Source: Actinomycetota bacterium | Lineage (GTDB): Bacteria > Actinomycetota > Acidimicrobiia > Acidimicrobiales > Ilumatobacteraceae | Direction of reading: 5' to 3' | Length of the DNA: 26,182 nucleotides | NCBI GenBank assembly: GCA_009704425.1 | Contig: WLEG01000001.1 | Location: 1 to 26,182, forward strand | Shown: piece by piece, positions 14,934 to 23,441 of the stretch | How the letters are laid out: each line of letters opens with the position of its first letter | How positions within the stretch are numbered: position 1 is the stretch's first letter | Translations under genes and position numbers: made by a program | Notes under the pieces: model-generated | Databases searched by the model: none | What the model saw: only the letters and a program-made list of their open reading frames with translations | What the model was told of the DNA's origin: nothing

Positions 14934-15718
14934 GACGCGGCCAATCTCTTGTCGAGCGACCGTAGGGCGAAGGCGATGCCCACGATCGACACGCCGAGGG
15001 GGATCAACCACGCCTTCACGAACTGGTCGGCGGCCAGATCGTGGTTCATGAACCCTTGCATGCCCTCCACGACGTGCGACATGGGGTTCCAGTCGGCGAC
15101 GGTGCGATACCAACCGGTCATGTAGTGACGCGGGAAGAAGGCCGACGAGAGGAACAGCAACACGAACACCAGCGGGAAGGAACCCTGCACCACCTCCGGG
15201 CTTCCGGATTTGATGGCGATGCCGGCCATGAGACCCGCCATGGCGAGTCCGAGCAACGCACCGGACACGATCAATCCGATCACACCCACGGGTCCGCTCT
15301 CGACGCGCGCGCCGAACACCACGAACAGCGTCATGAACACCACCACCTGGGTGACGCCCACCACCATGCTGGCCGCCAGACGCCCCAGGACGATCGAGAC
15401 CCGGGAGATGGGGGAGGCGAGGAGGCGTTCGAAGAATCCTTGCTCGATGTCGGTGGCCAGATCACCGGCCGCCGAGGTGGCGCCGAAGAGAACGCCTTGA
15501 ACGACCGCGCCGGCCACGGCGTAGTTCAGGAACGAGGAGGCGATGTTCTCGCTGAAGTAGGGGTCCCGGGCGAGGCGGTTGAAGCTGGCCGAGCCGAGCG
15601 CGGCGAAGAACAACGGGAAGATGAACGCCGGTGCGAGCGCGGCCGGCTGTCGCAAGCGACCGCGCACGCTGCGCTTGGTCAGCTGGGTGCTGTGAGTGAT
15701 CGCGGTGGCGATGCTCAC
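14930..15718 (-). CDS. ABC-2 type exporter permease
   Basis: DIEQGFFERLLASPISR, LSSAFFP and NPMSHVVEG. GTGA overlap with the ATPase gene. Confidence 0.9.
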   Translation of the reverse strand: MSIATAITHSTQLTKRSVRGRLRQPAALAPAFIFPLFFAALGSASFNRLARDPYFSENIASSFLNYAVAGAVVQGVLFGATSAAGDLATDIEQGFFERLLASPISRVSIVLGRLAASMVVGVTQVVVFMTLFVVFGARVESGPVGVIGLIVSGALLGLAMAGLMAGIAIKSGSPEVVQGSFPLVFVLLFLSSAFFPRHYMTGWYRTVADWNPMSHVVEGMQGFMNHDLAADQFVKAWLIPLGVSIVGIAFALRSLDKRLAAS

Positions 15719-16668
15719 TGCGCGCCCTCCAGGCGGTGTCCGGTGGCTTCGGCGAACACGTCGTCGAGGCTGGGCTCGTTCAGTTCGAGGTGTCGCACCT
15801 TGATGCCCGCCTCGTCGAGAGCGCGTACGACCGCGGCCACGTCCTCGGCTCCGCGCGCGAGTCCGACGCCGAGCGTGCCCTCGGCCGAGGGACGCAGTTC
15901 GCCGAAACGGGCCAACGTGGAACGGGCGGAATCACCGTGGGCCTGGTCGACGCTCACGAACAACGTGGGCGAACCGACCTGGGCCTTCAGGTCACGGGGA
16001 ACCCCCGCGCGCACGATGCGACCGTGGTCGACGATCGCGATGCGGTCGGCCAGCTGGTCCGCCTCCTCCAGGTATTGCGTGGTGAGCAACACGGTGGTGC
16101 CGGACTGGTTCAAGCGCCGAACTTCCTCCCACAACGTGAGACGGCTCATCGGGTCGAGCCCGGTGGTGGGTTCGTCGAGGAACAACACGGTCGGCTCGTG
16201 CACCAACGACAACGCCAGATCGAGGCGACGACGCATGCCGCCCGAGTAGGTGCCGACACGACGTTCGGCGGCCGCGGTCAGGCCGACGCGTTCGAGCAGT
16301 TCGTCACCGCGCGCTCGTCCGTCGGCCTTGGACAAGCCGTACAGAACGGCCTGCAGATTCAGCAGTTCGCGCCCGGTCATGAGGGGGTCGATGGCGGCGT
16401 CCTGGAGGGCGACACCGATGGAGCGACGAACCTTGTCGGCGTCGGTCACCACGTCGAAACCCGCCACCGACGCCGAGCCCGAGGTGGGCTTCAGAAGGGT
16501 CGTGAGCATGCGCACGATGGTGCTCTTGCCGGCGCCGTTCGGGCCGAGCAGTCCGAAGATCTCGCCGGTGCGCACCTCGAGGTCCACGCCGTCGACGGCC
16601 TTGACGATGTTGTCACCCGTTCCGAAATGGCGGACCAGTTCGCGGGCGACGATGGGGGAGGAAGTCAC
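15715..16668 (-). CDS. ABC exporter ATP-binding protein (DrrA/NodI-like)
   Basis: Walker A GPNGAGKS, signature YSGGM, Walker B LFLDEPTTGLD, TTQYLEEAD, and C-terminal EPSLDDVF. Confidence 0.93.
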   Translation of the reverse strand: MTSSPIVARELVRHFGTGDNIVKAVDGVDLEVRTGEIFGLLGPNGAGKSTIVRMLTTLLKPTSGSASVAGFDVVTDADKVRRSIGVALQDAAIDPLMTGRELLNLQAVLYGLSKADGRARGDELLERVGLTAAAERRVGTYSGGMRRRLDLALSLVHEPTVLFLDEPTTGLDPMSRLTLWEEVRRLNQSGTTVLLTTQYLEEADQLADRIAIVDHGRIVRAGVPRDLKAQVGSPTLFVSVDQAHGDSARSTLARFGELRPSAEGTLGVGLARGAEDVAAVVRALDEAGIKVRHLELNEPSLDDVFAEATGHRLEGAQ

Positions 16669-16672
16669 GAGT

Positions 16673-16685
16673 TTGTATGGTACAA
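16673..16685. promoter_or_regulatory. Palindrome TTGTA-N3-TACAA overlapping the putative -10 (TACCAT) of the ABC operon
   Basis: AT-rich inverted repeat TTGTATGGTACAA in a GC-rich background, 5-17 nt upstream of GTG 16668. Confidence 0.45.
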
Positions 16686-16740
16686 GTGATTTCGGGTCGA
16701 CGGTACATGACGTCCGTCGCCCACCGGGACGCGGGTCCGA

Positions 16741-19029
16741 TTACTTGGCGGCGTTGATGGCCTGCCACACGCGCTCGGCGGTGCAGGGCATCTCGATGTG
16801 ACGCACTCCGAGGTGCGCCACGGCGTCGACCACGGCCGACTGAATGGCCGGGGTGGAGCCGATGGTTCCCGACTCGCCGATTCCCTTGGCGCCGATGGCG
16901 TTCACGGGAGTCGGCGTCTCCATGTGGACCACCTCGACGCTGGGCAGCTCGGCGGCCGAGATGAAGCCGTAGTCGGCCAGGTTCGAGGTGGTGGGGTTGC
17001 CGTCGGCGTCGTAGAGCACCTCTTCGAGGAGAGCCTGCGCCACACCCTGGGCCACACCACCGTGGATCTGACCATCGAGCAACAGCGGGTTGAGCACCTT
17101 GCCGGCGTCGTCGCAGGCCACCTGACGCAGGTGCTTCACGCGACCCGTCTCGGTGTCGACTTCGACCACGGCCACGTGCGCACCGAACGGGAAGGTGGCT
17201 CCGGCGACGCCGATGACCTCGTCGTGCAACAGTCCACCGTTGCCCTTCTCGGCCGCGGCCAGATCGGCCCACGACTTGGACAGTGCCGGGGTGCCCGCGA
17301 CGTGGAAGACGCCGCGACCCTTGTCGAGCACCACGTCGGCCTCGTTGGCCTCGAGCAAGCGCGCGGCCACGGCCTTGGCCTTCTCGGAGAGGATGCCGGC
17401 CACTTGGAACACGGCGTTCCCGCCCTGCTGCAACGAGCGCGAACCCATGGTTCCGGTTCCGATCGGAACGAGGTCGGTGTCGCCCCAGACGAGCTCGACC
17501 TTGTCCATGGGGATGCCGGTCTGTTCCTGCACGAGCATCGACCACGCGGTGTCGTGGCCCTGGCCGTGGGGCGAGGTGCCGGTGTACACGATGGCCCGAC
17601 CGTCCTCGGTGACCTCCACCTTGGCGGACTCGCCGTTGCCGACGCCGCCGGTGATCTCGACGTACACGCTGACGCCGATGCCGATCTGCTTCACGTCACC
17701 ACTGGCGCGACGCTTGGCCTGCTCGGCGCGCAACGCCGTGTAGTCGGCGGCCACGAGGGCCTTGTCGAGAGCGGTCTCGTAATCGCCCACGTCGTAGGTC
17801 TGGCCGACCACGGTGGTGTGCGGCTCCATGAACTTGGGGATGAGGTTGATGCGACGCACCTCGGCGGCGTCCATGCCGATCTCGGCGGCGAAGATGTCCA
17901 TGGCGCGCTCGATGGCCGCGGTGGCCTCGGGACGACCGGCACCGCGATACGCGACCGTGGGCGTCGTGTTGGTGATGACCGACGTGGTGCGGCACTCGAT
18001 GTTGGGAATGGCGTACACGCCGCTCGACATCGGCCGGGTCATGAAGGGGGCGAGGATGGTGCCCATGTCGGCGAAACCGCCGCAGTCCTGAATGGCGTGC
18101 AACTGGTAGTGAGTCACCTTGCCGGCCTTGGTGCCACCGATGGTGACGTACTGCAACTGCGCGCGGCCGTGACCGAGGGCCACCATCGACTCGCTGCGGG
18201 TCTCGCGCCACTTCATGGGGCGACCGACCTTCTTGGCGATGACGCCGAGCAACAACTCCTCGCCGTAGGCACCGATCTTGGCGCCGAATCCACCGCCCAC
18301 GTCCGGGGTGCGCACGCGGATCATGGACGGGTCGACGCCGTTGGCCGCGGCCAGCGGGGCCACGGCACCCTGGGCGTGTTGGGTGGAGAGCCACTGGTTC
18401 AAACGGCCGTCGGCGCCCCAGGCCGCGGCGGCACCACGAACCTCGAGCGGGCACGGAGCCACGCGCTGGTTCATGAAGCGACCGGACACCTTGACTTCGC
18501 AATCGGCGAAGAACGCGTCGCCGGTGTTCTCGGGGATTCCCAGCGCGGTGGTGTCGAACACCACGTTGCTGCCGGCGCTCTCGTAGACGTGCGTCGAGGA
18601 CGCCATGGCCGCCTCGACGTCGACGAGGGCCTCGAGCACGTCGTAATCCACGATCACGGACTCGGCCGCGTCGACGCCTTGCTCGCGGGTCTCCGACACG
18701 ATGGCGGCCAGGGGCTCACCGACGTAACGGACCTTGTCGCTGGCCAGCAACGTGCGCGCCACCATCGGATTGAACGGCGCGGGAACCGGCTGCAGTCCGA
18801 GGGACTCGGCGGTGAACACGGCGACGACCCCGGGCATGCTCGCGGCGTCGGCGGTGTCGATCGACAGGATGCGGCCGTGGGCCACCGAGGAGCGCACGTA
18901 GGTGACGTGCAGGGCGCCTTGCAGCATCGGCTCGTCGTACAGGTCGTCGACGTACTTGCCGCCCGAGGTGAGGAACTTGGGGTCTTCCTTGCGAAGAACC
19001 CGGTTACCGAGAATGCTGCCACCGGCCAT
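16741..19029 (-). CDS. Xanthine dehydrogenase/CODH family molybdopterin-binding large subunit (form II CoxL-like)
   Basis: 762 aa with RKEDPKFLTSGG.YVDD, VGGGFGAK, active-site loop AYRGAGR (17932-17952), QIHGGVAQG and GAKGIGESG with the catalytic Glu. Confidence 0.92.
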   Translation of the reverse strand: MAGGSILGNRVLRKEDPKFLTSGGKYVDDLYDEPMLQGALHVTYVRSSVAHGRILSIDTADAASMPGVVAVFTAESLGLQPVPAPFNPMVARTLLASDKVRYVGEPLAAIVSETREQGVDAAESVIVDYDVLEALVDVEAAMASSTHVYESAGSNVVFDTTALGIPENTGDAFFADCEVKVSGRFMNQRVAPCPLEVRGAAAAWGADGRLNQWLSTQHAQGAVAPLAAANGVDPSMIRVRTPDVGGGFGAKIGAYGEELLLGVIAKKVGRPMKWRETRSESMVALGHGRAQLQYVTIGGTKAGKVTHYQLHAIQDCGGFADMGTILAPFMTRPMSSGVYAIPNIECRTTSVITNTTPTVAYRGAGRPEATAAIERAMDIFAAEIGMDAAEVRRINLIPKFMEPHTTVVGQTYDVGDYETALDKALVAADYTALRAEQAKRRASGDVKQIGIGVSVYVEITGGVGNGESAKVEVTEDGRAIVYTGTSPHGQGHDTAWSMLVQEQTGIPMDKVELVWGDTDLVPIGTGTMGSRSLQQGGNAVFQVAGILSEKAKAVAARLLEANEADVVLDKGRGVFHVAGTPALSKSWADLAAAEKGNGGLLHDEVIGVAGATFPFGAHVAVVEVDTETGRVKHLRQVACDDAGKVLNPLLLDGQIHGGVAQGVAQALLEEVLYDADGNPTTSNLADYGFISAAELPSVEVVHMETPTPVNAIGAKGIGESGTIGSTPAIQSAVVDAVAHLGVRHIEMPCTAERVWQAINAAK

Positions 19030-19107
19030 GGTGGACCCCCTTGTGTCGAGTGTTGGTGAGTCGAAAGTGACTGTCCCGAGCGTTTCGGAACCCGAATCGC
19101 TGACCGA

Positions 19108-19113
19108 ACACTA
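19108..19113 (-). promoter_or_regulatory. Putative -10 box (TAGTGT) for the large-subunit gene, implying a roughly 70-nt leader
   Basis: TANNNT hexamer in the 133-bp intergenic region. SD-like AAGGGGGT precedes ATG 19029. Confidence 0.4.
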
Positions 19114-19162
19114 GTCCCGGGGCGGGCGCCCCTTCACGGTCGGGCCGAGCACGGGTCGACGG

Positions 19163-19738
19163 TCAGGGCAGGGGAACGGTGACGACGGTGACCGGGGCGA
19201 CCGGGGTGGTCGTGTCCGCGGAGTCGGTCTCGTCGTTCGCGGCCGCTTCGGCCGCGGCCTCGTTCACCCGAACCGTCACGATTTGGGTGACCAGGTCGTA
19301 GGGCCAACCGGCGGGTAGCTCGATGGGGGCCCGGGCGTCACCCACGATCTGCTGGCGTCGCTCGCCGGCCATGACGAACCCCAGTTCCTCACGCGCGGCG
19401 TCCTCGATGCCGGCCGGGGTGTTCAGACGATCCACCTCGGTCTGCAGTTCGTCGGTGGCGCGCTTGATCGTCTCCAGTTCCTCGGTGCGCGCACCGATCT
19501 CCTCGCGTTGGCCCAGCCACGAGGTGGCGGGGAGAACGAGGAACGAGTTTCCGAACGAGATGACGATCACGATCGCGCCGATGAACATCAGGGTGCGTCC
19601 GACCAGCTTGGGCAGGAGTCGTTCGGACCGGGGTGTGGGCCGCGTGTGATCGGCGACGGCCTTGGTGAGGCGACCGCGTTTACGGGTCTTCTTGGTGGAG
19701 GAGCGCGGAATGCTGCTGGTCTTGTTTCCGCGGGCCAT
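19163..19738 (-). CDS. ftsB: Septum formation initiator FtsB/DivIC
   Basis: Basic N-terminus, a single TM, a coiled coil and IEDAAREELGFVMAGE. Directly downstream of eno. Start ATG 19738 is 6 nt after CAGAAT; the track gives 19759. Confidence 0.85.
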   Translation of the reverse strand: MARGNKTSSIPRSSTKKTRKRGRLTKAVADHTRPTPRSERLLPKLVGRTLMFIGAIVIVISFGNSFLVLPATSWLGQREEIGARTEELETIKRATDELQTEVDRLNTPAGIEDAAREELGFVMAGERRQQIVGDARAPIELPAGWPYDLVTQIVTVRVNEAAAEAAANDETDSADTTTPVAPVTVVTVPLP

Positions 19739-19814
19739 TCCCACATTCTGCCGGTTCATCGTCGGTCGTTGGTGTCACCACCCGCGAGCGACGCCGGCGA
19801 ACGGGAAATCGACG

Positions 19815-21107
<1,293 letters not shown>

Positions 21108-21152
21108 GTGAGCGCCGGGCCCCCGAGCCCCAAGCGCCGATGTCGGGCCGGG

Positions 21153-22478
21153 TCATCGGGTGTCGGGCGTCTCGGCGTTTCGACGACGGACATTGGTCAC
21201 GTCGCGCAACACCACCTCGGGATCGAGTCCACGTCGCCGACATTCGGCCACCACCGCCAACAGGAGTTCGCCCAACTCGAGGTCGAGGCCCGGGGGCAGG
21301 GGAGCGACCTCGATGTGGAGGCCGGCCTTGGCGGCTTTCTTCAACACCGCCGCGGCGTAGGCGAGAGAACCCGAGGACGAGGGAATCCCGTCGAACGGTC
21401 CGTCGGAGATTCCCTTTTCCCGCTTCTCGGCCTTCTTGATGGCGTCCCACGAGGCGACGAGATCGTCACCCGTCTCGCCTCCGAACACGTGGGGATGACG
21501 GCGAACCAACTTGTCGTTGATGCCCCGAGCCACGTCGCCCATGGTGAAGCGGCCCTCCTCCTCGGCGATCGCGGCGTGGAACTCGATCTGGTACAGCAGG
21601 TCGCCCAGTTCCTCGGCGAGGTGCTCGTCCGTCGACGGATCGTCGGGATCGAGGGCCAAGATGGCGTCCACCACTTCGTGGGTCTCCTCGAGGAGGTACG
21701 TGACGAGCGAGCGATGCGTTTGCTCGCGGTCCCACGGGCATCGCTCGCGCAGGGTGCGCGCGAGGCGATGGAACGAGACCAGTTCCGATCCGACGGGAAC
21801 CGTCAGGGCCGGAACGTAGATCGACGTGAGGTGATCGGCCTCGACGGTTCGGTCCAGCTCGCTCCACCGGACGGAGAGCACCTGCTCGTCGGGCAGGCCG
21901 AGATGGTGCAGGATCACGACCTGGTCGTCGTCGTTCGACGCGTCGACGGTGTCCTCGGCGGACAGCTTGATCTCCGACAGCACCCAATTGGCGTGACAGT
22001 GCGCGACGAGCATCGGACCCTCGACACCGGCGGCGGAGGCGGCGAAGGTGTGCCCGTCGATCAAGGTCACCTTTTCCTCGACGGGATCGATTCCGAGACG
22101 GGACCAGGCCATCTCGAGGAATCCCATGGCCGGATTGACCACGCAACGGATTCGTTCATCGTCGATCAGCGCGCGAACGGTTCGTTCGAGGATCAGCGGT
22201 GAGCCGGGCACCGCGTAGAGGATCTCGCCGTGCTCGCGCGCGGCCTGCACCAAGCGTTCCACGATGGACGAGTACACGTCGTCGAAGGAGTCGGCGGACT
22301 CGTACAGATCGTCGAAGGTGGCGGCATCACCGACGACGACGGCGCTCGGATGCACCGCCGTGCGCAGCCACCGATGACGGTGCGCCGCGATGCGATCGAG
22401 CGTGTGTCGAGAGACGTGCTCGGAACCCGCCGGACCCAGTCCGACGATCTCGACGACGGGCCGATCGGACGACGACAT
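21153..22478 (-). CDS. mazG: YabN-type tetrapyrrole-methylase-like/MazG nucleoside triphosphate pyrophosphohydrolase fusion
   Basis: N-terminal IVGLGP...LRTAVHP...YAVPGSP. MazG domain CPWDREQTHRSL..YLLEETHEV...EELGDLL...KLVRRHPHVF. True start is ATG 22478 (TGATG overlap with the upstream gene); the 725-aa track ORF is over-extended. Confidence 0.9.
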   Translation of the reverse strand: MSSSDRPVVEIVGLGPAGSEHVSRHTLDRIAAHRHRWLRTAVHPSAVVVGDAATFDDLYESADSFDDVYSSIVERLVQAAREHGEILYAVPGSPLILERTVRALIDDERIRCVVNPAMGFLEMAWSRLGIDPVEEKVTLIDGHTFAASAAGVEGPMLVAHCHANWVLSEIKLSAEDTVDASNDDDQVVILHHLGLPDEQVLSVRWSELDRTVEADHLTSIYVPALTVPVGSELVSFHRLARTLRERCPWDREQTHRSLVTYLLEETHEVVDAILALDPDDPSTDEHLAEELGDLLYQIEFHAAIAEEEGRFTMGDVARGINDKLVRRHPHVFGGETGDDLVASWDAIKKAEKREKGISDGPFDGIPSSSGSLAYAAAVLKKAAKAGLHIEVAPLPPGLDLELGELLLAVVAECRRRGLDPEVVLRDVTNVRRRNAETPDTR

Positions 22479-23401
22479 CAACCCAGGGCGATGACGGTGC
22501 TGGTGCCGGGGTCCCAACGGCCGTACTCGGCGTCGACCCAGACCTTGGCGGTGCGCACGGCGTCGAGGGTGGCCGATGCGGCCAGTTGGCTGCCGGTCAG
22601 GGCGGCGACGTCGTCGCCGACCTCGTCGAAGTCGCGCTGAAGAAGGATGGCCCACCCCACGTCGGGGATCTCGAAGGCCGTCGACACCTGTCCGACGGGG
22701 GTGTTCTCGAGAGCGGCCACGAACTCGTCGGCCACCGTCTCGACGACCGAGGCGAACTCGATGCACTGGTTGCCCTCGGGACCACCGAGCACGCCACCGT
22801 CGGCACCGGAGGGGTCGATCGACAGTTCCGCGGCCACGTCGGCGAATGACTCGCCGGAGGCCACACGGAACGCGGCGACGTCGATGCTCTCCTTGGTGGC
22901 GGACAGGATCGCGCGCACGCACACCACGCCCGACACGGCCGGACCTTGTTCGTAGGCGGCCGCCAGTTCGGACGTCGACGGTGCGAGCAGACGCGCCAGC
23001 GTGGCGTTCGCCGCGGTGTCGAGGATGAAGAGTTCGCGCACCTTCTGGTCGGCGTCGGCGAAACCGGCCTGTTCGTTCAGCATCGCTTCGGATTCGGCGA
23101 GGGCCTCCGCGGTGACCTCCCCGTCGGCGGCGGCGATCAGTTCGAGGATCAACGAGGTGGAAACCCAGGTGGTGAGGATCTCGCGGGCCACGTCGGCCCC
23201 CCTCGGTCCGGCGATGGTGGTCTCGGGATCGTTGGTCGACTTCTCGTAGCTCACGATCAGTTCGTCCAATTCGTCCGCGGACAGGGAACGTCCACCCACG
23301 CGCGCGGCGTCGTCGGAGACCGACGAACACGACGAGGCGACGAGCGAGGTGACGACGATGGTCGCCGTGGCGACGAGAAGAGGGATGCGTCGAGTGGTCA
23401 C
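22478..23401 (-). CDS. PrsA/SurA-like parvulin (PpiC) foldase lipoprotein
   Basis: Signal peptide with lipobox VASSC, a SurA_N-like region, and rotamase-like segments GESFADVAAELSID.SG..GG.LG and EFVAAL...VGQVS..F...GWAIL. Position after mfd is typical. Confidence 0.8.
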   Translation of the reverse strand: MTTRRIPLLVATATIVVTSLVASSCSSVSDDAARVGGRSLSADELDELIVSYEKSTNDPETTIAGPRGADVAREILTTWVSTSLILELIAAADGEVTAEALAESEAMLNEQAGFADADQKVRELFILDTAANATLARLLAPSTSELAAAYEQGPAVSGVVCVRAILSATKESIDVAAFRVASGESFADVAAELSIDPSGADGGVLGGPEGNQCIEFASVVETVADEFVAALENTPVGQVSTAFEIPDVGWAILLQRDFDEVGDDVAALTGSQLAASATLDAVRTAKVWVDAEYGRWDPGTSTVIALG

Positions 23402-23410
23402 CGGGACAAA

Positions 23411-23441
23411 CTACTTGGCGCCGTCCTACTTGGCATCCGTC
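23411..23441. repeat. Short tandem duplication containing the mfd stop codon
   Basis: CTACTTGGCGCCGTC (23411-23425) next to CTACTTGGCATCCGTC (23426-23441). Confidence 0.7.

Noticed and set aside
16741-19029. Calling the enzyme a true CO dehydrogenase
   Set aside because: The active-site loop is AYRGAGR and lacks the Cu-binding Cys of form I, and no cox accessory genes are present.
16798-19059. 753-aa plus-strand ORF antisense to the large subunit
   Set aside because: Shadow ORF from high-GC codon bias. His/Gly/Arg-rich, no motifs, and fully overlapping a well-supported gene.
19030-19107. Possible Moco riboswitch in the large-subunit leader (hairpin GCGATTCGG-GTT-CCGAAACGC on the minus strand)
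   Set aside because: The roughly 70-nt leader looks too short and I cannot match the multi-stem consensus. An Infernal/Rfam search would be decisive.
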